Origin: Callorhinchus milii | Lineage: Eukaryota | Direction: 5' to 3' | Assembly: GCF_018977255.1 (NCBI RefSeq) | Contig: NW_024704743.1 | Coordinates: 21,268,001 to 21,332,000 of the forward strand | Length of the DNA stretch: 64,000 nt | Shown here: piece after piece, positions 1 through 11,754 of the stretch | How positions within the stretch are numbered: the first letter of the stretch is position 1 | Layout: the number at the start of each line of letters is the position of its first letter | Translations under genes and position numbers: made by a program | The notes under the pieces: generated by a model | The model's input: only the letters and a program-made list of their open reading frames with translations | Told to the model about the DNA's origin: nothing | The model's database searches: none

Positions 1-194
1 ATATTCCCAATGTGGCTTCAACAGTGATCTGTATAAGGCGAGAATGACTTGACTTGTCAAATGCCATTGAGACGTACGAGTGTTTCATCAGCTTTTCTGA
101 CAAGTTTCCCTTTGCCTGGAAATGTTATGATCACTAATTGCATGTAAATCCTTATTCTTATTTCCTTTTCTCATCAATCCGCAGTTAACTGACG

Positions 195-600
195 AACTGC
201 AATTCTATTGCCTTGCAGGAGGCAAGGGAGTGAGCGAGGCGAAGGGAATATGGGATGAAATTCCAAAGGGTGGGGGCAGAGAGGCTGAAGGCCGGACCAC
301 CGATGGTGGGATGGGCCAGGCGGGGGATGTGGAGCAGGCCAGATTGATAGGGGTTTAGCAGGTCACAGATGTAGAAAGGGGTAAGGCCGTGGAGGATGGA
401 GGCAGAGGAGGACAAAGCTGGAGTGATGCGGGGTAGAGGACAAGGATGGGAGCATTTTGGGGGGAAGCAGCTCAGGTCAGGGCCCAAAATTCGCATGGAG
501 ATGCTGAAGACAGGCGGTTAGTGGGGCGTAGGTAGCCCGCAGGCCTGGCGACGGTGGGGGCTAGAGGAGACCGCACGCGCAGAGTGGGGAGAGAAGGGGC
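195..600 (-). mobile_element. L2-clade LINE 3' fragment, degraded
   Basis: ORF 185..496 contains PTIGGPAFSLSAPTLWN..P.SLRLA, the L2 ORF2 C-terminal motif. Confidence 0.75.
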
Positions 601-750
601 AACAACAACAACAACTTGGATTTTTATAGCGCCCTCCACGCCGGACGGCGTCTCAGAGCGCTTTACAGTAACGGATCCCGGGGCCGAGCCAGGGGGAGGG
701 GGGGAGGAAGATGACCAAAGGCGTGGTCGAAAAGAAAGGTCTTCAGCAGA
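601..750 (-). mobile_element. L2 LINE 3' terminus, young subfamily with (GTT)n tail
   Basis: Reverse complement is nearly identical to 11888-12025 and to 57566-57710; (AAC)n at 601-615. Confidence 0.85.
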
Positions 751-841
751 GAGGCGGGCCTCATTATGTTATTTTCCAGGTTGCCCAGCTTACAGGGAAA
801 AGAGAGAGGAAGGGAAGCAAGTAATAATAAAACTGTACTAC

Positions 842-1327
842 ACCTGATTTCAGTAGTTCAAAACTAACAGGCGGAAGTGACATCACGTGAGGAGTTTCAA
901 CCATTGGTTCAGGCGGGATATTTTGAAATGGCGTCTCCGCAACTGGACTCATATCTTGGCCCTGCTGCTACCTGTCGGCTCCCACTTACTTCGCTCCCGG
1001 AGCCCGCGCTGCTGCCGCACTCACCTCCCACACTAACCTCGTGCCGGAACAGCTCGCTCGGTTTGCCCCGGCGCTGCCATGCCCGGTTACCTCCCGCCCG
1101 CCCGCCTGCCTGCTGGCTCCCAGTCGCACTCCCCAGTCCTGCTTCTCTTCTGCAACGCCTCCCGTCTGCCTGCTCGCGTCTGCAAGGTCTATACTGTTTC
1201 TTATCAATCCCTGTGGGGTTGTGCGGGGAAACAACTTTTGCCTGGACACTGTCCTACAGGACTGCACAGAGAAGGGGCGAAGGGCACTCTGGTCTCTCTT
1301 CAAGGACGGCAAAGTCTCAAATCAGGT
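842..1327 (+). promoter_or_regulatory. CpG-rich promoter-like cassette, probably transposon-derived
   Basis: GGCGGAAGTG (870-879), TCACGTGA (883-890), ATTGG (903-907), GGCGGG-4nt-TTTGAA (912-927) and AAATGGCG (926-933), followed by a CpG/C-rich tract to about 1180. Confidence 0.45.
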
Positions 1328-1341
1328 CAAGCTTATGGCAT

Positions 1342-1660
1342 ATAATAATAATAATAATCCTTGCATTTGATATGGCGCTTTTCACGTCTTCTAGTTGTCT
1401 CAAAGCGCTTCACAGAATAGACTGTAAAGTGAATTGACCGTATATTTGGGGCGAAACGCGGCAGCCACTTGCGCACAACAGTGTCCCACAAACAGTCGTG
1501 GATTTAGGTGATCAATTTATAATTGTTTTATTTTTGAGGAATTATTATTAGGCGTGTGGAGTAAGGAAACTTGCCCAAGGTTTCGCCCTCTGCCTGGAAT
1601 TGAACTCAGGTCTCTCACTTGCAAAGCAAGTGCTCTAACCACTGAGCTACAGGACTCCAC
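1342..1660 (-). mobile_element. tRNA(Ala-like)-derived SINE, full length
   Basis: Reverse complement begins GTGGAGTCCTGTAGCTCAGTGGTTAGAGC (A box), has B box GAGTTCAATTCC and ends in (ATT)n. Multiple near-identical copies occur in the window. Confidence 0.9.
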
Positions 1661-1699
1661 AATATAAGACCTGTGTGCAAAACAGTCCTCATTTATTGT

Positions 1700-2735
1700 T
1701 GTGAGCTCCTAAGGATGCAGTGAAGAGGCTTCCTCTGGCCCATTTGCAAAGTCCAGAATCAAGCAGTGAGATGGATTTGTAGCAAACGTGGGAATTGGCT
1801 GCAGGGAGCGAAGGCTCCAGACTGTCGCTAAGCCCTCTGGAGGCAAAGTCAGCTTCATAGTCGGCAAGTCTATCGTCAAGGCCTCTCGAGTGAGGACCTG
1901 GGTTAAGTGCTGAGTTAGCCTGGTAAGCGGCATTGGACTTGGAAATTGAGAACATCAAAATGGCTGTCATGTCACAAGCTATTCTGTAAAGGTCCTCCCA
2001 CCACACTGAAGGCAGATATCCACCAGATAGCTGATGAGGAAATTCTGAGGCTTGGGGCAACACCTGCTGGAAAGTGTTATCACGAGTCTGAATTTGTGAA
2101 TGTATGTTCATACACCTAGTGCCTGGAATTGACCTTGATTGGTTTGCAGAGAGATAAGCAGCTGTTGCTTAACCTCCGCACTTGCAATTGGTGGGATGGA
2201 CGTATGTCCGAGCTGTGGGTGAGGATGGTGGTAATGCTCTCATACATTTCATGCTGAGGTGTTTGCCCACCAGGAAGCTCGCAGGGAGTTCCTGGTATTT
2301 GCCATCCAACAACAACAAAAAACAACTTGCATATATATTCCTCTAACGGGTACTTCGGTCCTAGCTGGACAAGCAGCGGGAAGAAATGCGAGACACTGTT
2401 CTCAATGGCAAGCTGTACAGTTTTAGCTTGATAGACTTCAGCTGTATCCCCAACACACACACTCTGGGATCACCAAGCTTTGGCTCTTGCCAATACTCTC
2501 TAGAATTAGGTAATTAGGACATGTCCCTCCAGGAAGAGAGTGGACATTCCATTCCAATAAATATCTTGGGAATTTCTATGCATCTGCGAGATGCGTGGGT
2601 CTCTGTTTGGTTTGAATTTGCATTCATATAGCGCTCCGAGGTGTCGTCAAGGGTGTTATATAAATGCAAGTTGCTGTTGTTGTTCGTTGGATGCTCTTAA
2701 GCATGGGGATAGGTTTCCACATGTGTTAGACATCC
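1700..2735 (-). repeat. Unclassified interspersed repeat, copy 1, interrupted by short L2-like tails
   Basis: Reverse complement aligns by eye to 17525-18870; same-strand similarity to 10450-10715. Confidence 0.75.
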
Positions 2736-3799
2736 TGCAAAATACATTTTATCAATAGACATTTTAGGGATGTGCATAAACATAGGAGCTCAGTCTTAGC
2801 AAGTTTTTGGCCATGGTAATTATCCCTTTTGATTTATCATTTTTCTGCAAACAAGGCATGCGTCCAGCACATAATGTACAGTCTTTAGCATCCATTAAGG
2901 CTGAAATAGTTTGACACAGCTTTAGTTTGCTAATCACTTTTGCCTCATACCAATTGCTTTCACAGTCTGTCATGTTGTCGTCCTTCCACTTTCACTTGTT
3001 CTGTCCTTAATTGCTTGCTTTGGCCCAATATTCTGGCAACATGTCTATTGTGAGTCTAACACCTGCACTCTGCAGTCCCTGTGAGAGCAGCTGACAGGTA
3101 AGTGACACCTCCCTGGCTAACTCTGCCTATTTACTGCACAGTCCATCTGCATCTGCACCAGATGGTCGTTGTGAAATTCCATTGTTTTTAGGGGCTGTAT
3201 GTTTCACTTCTATAAAGTTTAGCTGGTGCTATTATATTTATGTCATTCAGTCCTAGCACAGAGAATGTTATATGGTGTACAGTTTATCAATTCAGCTTTT
3301 TCTAGTGGTTATCCTGCTGAGTGCTTGATTTCTGTAGACAGCATTGCACTAAGTTCAGCTCTTAATCTTCCATTATTATAGCTAGGTTTCACATTCATCA
3401 CATTAGTAACATTTATGCTCTTTTCTTAACTCACTATCAAAGTGATGTATCCATTGATCCGTGTGGCTCACACACAATGTATGAAACCTGATTTTCAATA
3501 GATTGTAATATCGTCCTGTATGTATGTGAAATAGTCAAGGACTATATGGGATGGTGCCAGTTCCTTCTTGTCACTGTTGGGGTAACCTGACTCGTGTTCT
3601 CTTTTGTGCTTTGTTTCAACAATAACCCAACCCTCTAATAAACTGACTTCACTATGTTGAGAACGTGTCACTATGAACCCTTCTTGAAGTTTGGGTCTGA
3701 ATCTTTAATGACAAATTATTACAAGAGTTACCATTGTGAAGAAAATTACTTTGAGGCAAATAATAATAATAAAATAATAATAATAATGCTTACATTATC

Positions 3800-4155
3800 G
3801 TGGAGTCCTGTAGCTCAGTGGTTAGAGCGCTCGTCTCGCAAGTGAGAGACCAGGGCGAAATGTTGGACAAGTTTTCTTACTCCACACGCCTCTGCTTACC
3901 TAGCAGTAAGTAAGAACCCGGTTGTTAGTCCATTGGAGGATTGCTTTTCCAGGGATAATAATCCTTAAAAAAAAACAATAATAACTTAGTCACTCAATCC
4001 ACGACTGTTTGTGGGACATTGCTGTGTTCAATTGGCTGTCGCGTTTCGCCCACAAATATACAGTCAATTCACTTTACAGTATATTCTGTGAAGCGCTTTG
4101 AGATGTCTAGACGACGTGAAAAGCACTATATCAAATGCAAGGATTATTATTATTA
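3800..4155 (+). mobile_element. tRNA-derived SINE, long variant, B box deleted
   Basis: Same head and tail as other copies, with an extra ~65-nt central segment (cctctgcttacctagcagtaag...); lacks ctgggttcgattcc. Confidence 0.9.
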
Positions 4156-5149
4156 CATTTGATAAAGAGCCTTTCACATCAGGAGGATAACTCAAACCGC
4201 TTATCAAGATATGCTGTTAAAATGTAATGAGTGTATTTGGTAGGTGAACACGGTAACTAATATGTGCACAGCAATATCCCATAAACAGCCATAAATCACA
4301 CCACAACTTCCAAACGCAAATAAAACAAACCTAAATGCATCATGAAAAATGTTCATTATATTGCAACTGAGGGCAAGAGGGAAGGAAAAAGGAGATGCTT
4401 TCCAGGTATCCAGGTGTCTTCAGGAGACAAGAAGACGAGAGAAAAGAGGAGGAAAGAAATTGATGGAGAATAAAATAAGTCACCTGATAGATGGGTATAT
4501 ATTTATGCTTTATCACATTGCCAAATCGGCTTTAGTTTTAAAATCCCAATTTCAGCACAAATTATTTTGCTGCCGACATCGCTACTGTGCGCAAATCCAG
4601 TGGGAATATAATATTTGATTCATACTGATAATACCTGGATGCCCAAATCCATGGGGATTTAAAATCGTTCTCATTATTGCAAAGAAATATCCTGGGTGTT
4701 TATGATTGCATGTCTTGTCCTGACATGTACAGCATGTTTTGTCCACATATATTTAGAGCAAAAAATATTTTGCTTCATGTTTCACTCTTTTAACAATCGT
4801 CTTTTGTTTAGTTGAAACGTTTAGATCTCAATTCAAGCTTTCCTCAGGATTCAAAGCCCCTTAGCAAAACAAAGAACACTGGAAAATGCAAGGAGTTCCT
4901 TTCTTTTCTGCAAGTTAATAAGAATTTAAATTCAAGAATAATCAGCATCGTAAATAACATTTGACATGAATACACCTCAAAGGTTAGAGGAGATCAAACG
5001 GGTATGAAGCAGTGACATACTTAAATTGTGTTTTGTTCTTTTGGCATCAGCATTGCTTAATGCAAAGTCTACATTGTTCAAAGGTCAATAATAATCCTTA
5101 CATTTGGTATCACGCCTTTTACGTCAGGAGGATGCCTCACAAAGCTCTA

Positions 5150-5418
5150 ACTGTCAAGTTTAAGAACAGTGTGTTTTGTAGCTGAAAATCTAAATATATG
5201 ATGGTCAGTAGCAGACCTAAAAGAGAAATTAGGAGGAACTTCTTTGCACAGAGGGTGATGGGAATGTGGAGCTTACTGTCGTGAGCTGTGGTTAAAGCAA
5301 GAAGCATCAAATTATTTATGAGGAAGCTTGATGCATGAGAGAGAAGGGATTGAAGGTGGTATGGGAAAGAGGATTTGGAGAGGTGGGGCTCATGAGAAGT
5401 ATAAACACTGGCACAAGC
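5150..5418 (+). mobile_element. CR1 LINE 3' fragment, degraded
   Basis: aggaggaacttctttgcacagagggtgatgggaatgtgga resembles the CR1 ORF2 C-terminus (RxxFFTQRVVxxWN); similar to 22470-22860. Confidence 0.7.
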
Positions 5419-5870
5419 AACAACAACAACTTGCATTTATATAGCACCCTGCACGCGGGTTAACATCTCAAGAGCGCTTAACAGTAGTGGAGCCTGACAC
5501 CTTGGTATTGGAATAGTCAAGTTGAGATGTGATGAACAGATTCGGTAAATCTTAGGGAAAGTCGGGGGAGGTTGAGGAGGTCAGAACCGCAGGAGAGAAG
5601 ATGTTGATGGAAGCCAATGAGCATGGCTTCCATCTTGTCGACATTCAGCTACAGGACGTTTGCCCTCATCTGACTTACAAGCTGACAGAACATCAGCGGA
5701 CCTGGTTGAGGAGAAGTAGATTTGAGTGTCATCCGCATACATGTGGATATTTACCCCATGTCTGCGGATGACCTCGCTGAGAGGAACATGAAAATGAGGA
5801 AAAAAAGGGGCCCAAGGAAGGAGCCTTGGGGAACACTGCAGGTGACTGTGTGAAGGTGGAAGGAAAAACA
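5419..5870 (-). mobile_element. L2 LINE fragments (tail plus RT segment, internally deleted)
   Basis: (CAA)n tail at 5419; reverse complement ccacatgtatgcggatgaca (HMYADD) and cagtgttccccaaggctcc (VPQGS). Confidence 0.75.
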
Positions 5871-6020
5871 GATTAGTTCTTTACATACTGTAATACTCTG
5901 TAAGATTCTATGAAACTTTTAGTTCTGGTTCATTTTAAAATGTGCACAATCCTTTTTCTATATACAGATTCTCTTTCTCGCTAATCCTTGCTTCCTGTTT
6001 GTTCTTCCCATCTATCGCAG

Positions 6021-6101
6021 ATGCTGCAATGCATGTTGGCCTCCCTTCATTCAGAGATAGATATGCAAATATTCTTGATGAAAATCGAATCCACTCAGCG
6101 T
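6021..6101 (+). CDS. KIAA1217: Probable alternative cassette exon of KIAA1217 (81 nt, phase 0 to 0)
   Basis: Long polypyrimidine tract with ctaat branch-like motif ending tatcgcag. Open frame MLQCMLASLHSEIDMQIFLMKIESTQR, donor |gttagt. Frame-preserving and compatible with the phase-0 exon at 8274. Confidence 0.65.
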
Positions 6102-7569
6102 GTTAGTACTGTATTTCTCGACTTGTCTGTTTTTGCTGCATTGTGCACTCGTTTGCTTCGATTAACAAGTATCAAATAGCAATTTAAATGGGTGCACCTT
6201 GTGGATAGAGCATTTGCTTGAGCAGGGCTGTAACTTCATAGTTGTAGTTTTGCATGGTGGCTCCACAAGTTACTTTTTTGCTGCTGCTAATATGTTATCT
6301 ACAGGACCAGTTTATAAAGTGGAATAAGGACTGCATGGACTGACAGTGCGATCATACAGTTTCCAATACCCTGTGTCACAAAGTGAAAGGATTTGGGCTT
6401 GTGCTACAATTCCCCACATGCTGAGTCCAAAATTTCTGCCGTGCTGTCAGGAGTACAGGTCAAGGCTCTTCCCCACAGGGGGAATAGGAGAATTGGAGAA
6501 TTTGTCATCTCACAATGGGCAATTGACGGAGGAATGTGGGAAAGCCACCCATCATGCGCTGTCACAGAATTTCACAATATACAAAAAGGGTCATTTAGCC
6601 TGTCACGTCCGTGCTGCTGTTTTTCTCCAAATAAACCACCTATTACAATCCTACTCTCTTGCTCATTCCCTGCATCCACTAATCGTCTTTTGGTGTGTGA
6701 AGAATGGGTGCGTGGCACTAAAAGAGAATGGAAGCAATCAGAAAAAGGGTTATCTTTCATGAAGGTAATCTCTATAGATAATGTGCTTGCATGCAGATTT
6801 CCTTTTCTGCTTTAAATCGAAGACGTGTACTTTTTTTAATATAAAATCTCAATGCAACTTTTTTCCTAACAAATTGAACGAATTAACCTAGGTGTTGTGA
6901 CTTGCTGCCAAACATGAAGTGTTTGTCTTGAGAGTATCAAGAGTATCTTCTGTTGAAATTTTTTTTGAGAAGCTCCACACTATGAGCATTTGAAAGAGAA
7001 ATGGCCATCATTGTTTGACCTGAGTGAAACTGAACAACTGGCAGTGTTACAGACAGTCAGTCTTAAGTCTTTCAGGCAACCTTCAATACAAAGGAAATGT
7101 ATTGCTATAATTGAACGGGTTTCTGTTTCAGCCACAACGTGTCTTTTCTAGCCAGTTATAGCTGTAGACAATCACTCCCTAGGCTCAAAATATGGCAGCA
7201 GAGATACCTCCACTCGTAAGAAATACTCTGAGAAGAGTTCAGGGCACCTCAATCACCGTTGCGTCTACTTTTGCTCAGTTGGGTTTGTACACGCTACACT
7301 GAGCCAAGTCATAGCACTCCCATTTTCACAACAAGGTTCAAATCCAACCAGAGCTAGAAGTAACCTTCTCCCCTACTCCTCCACTCAACTCAACTAACTC
7401 AAGACGGTACCCTATGTGAAGCGTGCTATCTTTAAGCAAGTTGTTGGTGGTCTCTGTAAAACGAATTATGTTAGGATATTAAAAAGGTAGATAAAAATGA
7501 TTGTGCCATTGACTCTTTTTTATATTTACACTTTTCTATTCAAGAAAGACATTTTGTGTTCCTCAACCC

Positions 7570-7905
7570 TACTTGCCCACGGCTCCCTTGTCTGTGAACA
7601 CTGACCTGCTTCATGTTCCCTGTGCTATCTACGCCACCATCAGTGGACGAGCTTTCAACCATTCTGTCCCTGTTCTCTGGCACTCCATCCTGGAGTTCCA
7701 CTCACTTGACCCTCCTGCTGCCCCCCCACCACTTTTAAAGCTTGTTGTAATGACTCTTTGAACCACACGTTTGGTCATTCTCCCACCCCGACCCCCCCAG
7801 CCCCCTCCACATCCCTTCGACTAGCTCAGGTGCCTGGCCAGTTGTATGCCTCCACCCCCCCACCCCCCTCCCCAGCTGTGAAGGGTGGTGTAAATTATAC
7901 TGTAT
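7570..7905 (+). mobile_element. L2 LINE 3' fragment, old
   Basis: ATISGRAFNHSVPVLWHS motif; degenerate 3' stem-loop and tail. Confidence 0.6.
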
Positions 7906-8273
7906 TTTGTACGATGTTTAGCACCTTTAGGTGGGGTAGTCTTTCTGGAGTAAGGTTACTTTTCTTCTGATAGTATTTATTTCCACACAATTCTGTTGAC
8001 TAATCTGTGCAATATACTTCTGGTTAACAAGTAACATTCATGCATATGTAGGCCTACACGGTTAAGAATGATTTGAATGAGTGTATGACAATAGATAAAT
8101 TAACCCCTAATGCAGTACCTACTAAACACATGCATGGTGTTTGAGGTGATGCACAACTCGTTTTCAGACTTGTCTTTGGTTTTAATGAATGTTTATTCGA
8201 GGTCTGATATATAATGTAACGTATCATTGTTCAAAAAGAAAACGAGTTGCTAACATGGAGTCTTTTCTTACAG

Positions 8274-8469
8274 AGCAGGAGCCCAAAGCACTTAAGAAGT
8301 CCCCAGGCTGCTCTCACGGACCAGTCTGAACACCTTTCAGTGGCGTCAGCAGATTCCTTCGAAGCAATGGCCGATTCGGAGATACCAAACAATTTCAATC
8401 GAGGGACTCGCTTCCGGACAAGCCTCCCGGTTGTTCGCTCAACCAACCAGACAAAAGACAGATCACTGG
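8274..8469 (+). CDS. KIAA1217: KIAA1217/sickle tail internal coding exon (196 nt, phase 0 to 1)
   Basis: Acceptor tcttttcttacag, donor G|gtaagg. Encodes SRSPKHLRSPQAALTDQSEHLSVASADSFEAMADSEIPNNFNRGTRFRTSLPVVRSTNQTKDRSLG, matching the remembered SKT segment ...SLPVVRSTNQTKERSLG. Confidence 0.95.
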
Positions 8470-10224
8470 GTAAGGTTTACTTGGCATTTTCATGGGATTA
8501 GACTTCCATTTACCAGAATGTAATTATTGGCCAGGGAATCAGAAGAAACTCCCTTCTCCTTCTGAATAGTGACGTGGGACCTTTAACATCCACCTGAACA
8601 GGCAGGTGGGACCTCGGTTTAATTTCTCATCTCATCTGCCATTATATTTTCTTATCCTGTGGTTATTCCAACCAGAATGGTCGCTGCATTCATTCAGTAG
8701 TGTATTTCTGTTCCACTAAACGGGTTTACCTTTAAGAACCGGCCTTTGACAAAACGGACACTTGCATAACACAATGGCAGTGTGGATTTGATTGATGCTG
8801 TCACATGTTTGTGTCGTGCCCACTAAAGCTCAGTTACTGACACGTGGCTGACCTCTGAGCTGTGCAGTTTCTGAGCAGGCGTGACTTAGTTTGAAAAAAG
8901 ATTGATCCAAATTCCTCCCTTGTGCACTTTGACATAGCTGTCACTGACCATCTCGTGCAAAACTGGTACACTTTACTCGAGTGTATGTGCACATTACTTC
9001 TGTGTATTTACCCTGTACTTCAACGTGTGCTCATTTTACTTCAGTGTATATCACAAGTATTGATATTTCCCTCCATTTTTAAGTTGCTATATCTTCTATC
9101 TCTTCTTGTAGCATACATCATCCATTATTCCTGAGTCAGACTACAGTACTATTTTGAGGTGTCCTTCTGATGTATAAGACGCTATATCACATGTAAGGAT
9201 CATTATTATTATTTTATTAAATGTCATTTACAAAAGGTGAATGACATGTCCCCTTCTCATGCCTTGCTGGCCAGTGTTGGTATTAAGCACTCCCATGTGA
9301 GGTGTAGCTTGGTTATTGTGCTCCAATAATGCCAATTGGCCACAACATCAGAAGAACATGCTCACTAAACCGCAGAATGTTCCTACGTCCCACACCTGTC
9401 ATCCTGGTGAGCCCCTGAATGAGATTGCCGGTTGAAGCTCAATGGTGAGCAGTTGGTGCTATTGGATCATGCCTTTTAGTTGGACCTCCCATGTTTCTCA
9501 AATAGGATCTGTCCATCTAGCACAGAGAAGAGATCTTCATGCCATCAGTCTAAGATAGATTTGAAGAAGGTCCTTGAGATTAAAAGCCATTAACATTCAG
9601 GATATATCTGTGTTGATGTACAAGTATTTCCTGTTTCTTGGTTGTTCCCAAATTACCTGCCAGTGAACTCTGTGATTAAATAATAATAATAATGGTGATA
9701 GCGCCCTATCAGGTCTTCAATTGATTGCCTGTTGGGAGGTGCATGAGAATGGATGTGTTTCCTTGTTCTCTTGGTAAAAAAAAAGGCCCGAACACTCTGT
9801 GTCTCTTTGCAGTGTCACAGCTAAACTGAAACCTTGGAATGTGGAGGATCGTAAAAACAGGAGGAGGCCATTCAGTCCTTTGCATCTGTCCCACCAGTTT
9901 ATTAAAACATGGCAGATGCTTTAAACTGATTTCCCTGCCTTTTCTCCATACTCCTTAATACTCCATTGTATAATATTAATGGTTTGTCTGCCAAAAATAC
10001 AGTTACTACACTTTACAGTCTAACCTGTAAAACATTTTTCGATGACCTCCCAACGTGAAAGGCACGAGACCGAATGCAAGGATTATTTATTCTTTTAATA
10101 TTTTAAACAGAGAATTTGAGCTTGCCACCTCTGCTGTCAGTATACATGGCAGCTCCTTTGAAACAAACAAGACTAGTTAAAGTGAGTTTATTTTCAAGAT
10201 TCAACCACAGCTTGGGCTGTGGTA

Positions 10225-10375
10225 GAATTGACTAACAACTGGGATCCCACTTACTGCTAGGTGAAAAGAGGCATGTCCAACAAGGAAACTTGCCCAATGT
10301 TTTGCTCTATCAGGGAATTGAACCCAGGTCCTCGCTCTTGCAAAGTGGGTGCTCTAACCAGTAAGCTGCAGAACT
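10225..10375 (-). mobile_element. tRNA-derived SINE 5' half, long variant, diverged
   Basis: aaggaaacttgcccaa...ggaattgaacccaggtc...gctctaacca, plus cttactgctaggt central segment. Confidence 0.75.
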
Positions 10376-10379
10376 CATT

Positions 10380-10715
10380 GGCAGACCAGTCACTTGGGGC
10401 TGGGAATCATCCTACTCAGCTCTCATTAACACTGTCCTAACTGGACATGCAGTAGGGAAGCTTGCCAGATAGTGCTTTCAATGGCTATGCGGTTTTAGCT
10501 GATTTAGCTTACTCTGGGGTCCCCAAGCCTTGCCTCTTGCCAACCTGCGCCTAATACTTTCTGGAATTAGGTAAGCAGGATGCGTCTCTCCAGGGAGAGA
10601 GTGTGCATTCCATTCAAACAAATATTTCTGGAATTTCCATATGTAGGTGAGATGCATGGAACTCTTAGTTTAGTAACAACACAGTGATAGGTTTCTGCAT
10701 ATGTCAGATACCCAG
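10380..10715 (-). repeat. Unclassified interspersed repeat, copy 2 (partial)
   Basis: ggaattaggtaagcaggatgcgtctctccagggagagagtgtgcattccattc matches 2500-2560. Confidence 0.7.
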
Positions 10716-11754
10716 CTGACCAAAGAAACCTCATAGAAAACTAATGGAACCTAAACATGTGAGGGCTGAAATTGCACCCTGTCTTAGCCTGTAAGACCAT
10801 TTTGTATCAAACATTAATGTGCTGAATTATGGAAAATTCTTACAGTTCAGTTTTAACTTGCTCGTCGCTTCTTAGAACTATGGAAAACCGACTTCACAAA
10901 TTTAGGCTGAATTTAGGAATTTTCTATCGTGTTCTGCAGCATCTTAAGTTCTAAATCAATGGTTTTATAGACTGTGGTTGGAAGGAATTCCAACCCTCTG
11001 GTCTGTAAAAGAAATATTTTTGTCTATTTGCAAAAACTTATTACCTTTGATCTGTGGAGATTGTCTTGGATTTAAGAATTGGCTTTTTGTAGTTAAATGT
11101 TTTAAACCTATCTGTTAGAGAATAGTGGCTTTAAAATGTCAAGTGAGTGTGTCAAGAGACTGGTGAAATGGATCCACAGTTTAGTCTGGGGAGTTGTGCA
11201 TCAAACAGTGATATCAAAGGAAAAGCAGAACAAATGACCATGACCTTGATTTCCTGTCTTTCTTTACACCACTTCAAAGAAAATGTAAGTGAAGGAAAGA
11301 AAAAAGGTAATGGGTGCTTTTGCATTGTGCTGAAGTAGAGTAAGTAAGGCTGTACAGATGACCCTGAACCTGTGCCATGCCTATTTTAATTGCTCCCAGG
11401 CAGCATTCTGATGTCTGTCGATTTATAGGCTCCAGGTGTTTGGTTTACCAGATTTGAAACTGTTTAGGATCCACAAAAGGAAATTGAAATTCCGACTGCT
11501 AGTTTGAAATTTTTTTTACGACTGCACCAATGCATCAATAGGGGTTTCCTTTAATCAAACTTTCTTCGCCTTGACTTGTCAGAGTTAACCGGTGTAGTCG
11601 CAGCACAAGACTATATAAACTTGATTTCTTCACCTGTCATCTTCCATGTAACAGTGTTATGATTAGCTTGTCAACAGCAGAGATCAGGAAGGACACCTGT
11701 CCCTTTCATGCATCGGCCCCTCAAATCATGTCACCATCCATTGTAAACGGCCTG

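Noticed and set aside
877..1437. 186-aa ORF and overlapping ORFs
   Set aside because: Low-complexity Pro/Leu/Ala product of GC-rich DNA that runs into an antisense SINE tail; no recognisable domain.
7120..7222. Possible microexon (tandem acceptors, gtaaga donor)
   Set aside because: Resulting lengths are not frame-compatible with the phase-0 downstream exon, or contain a stop.
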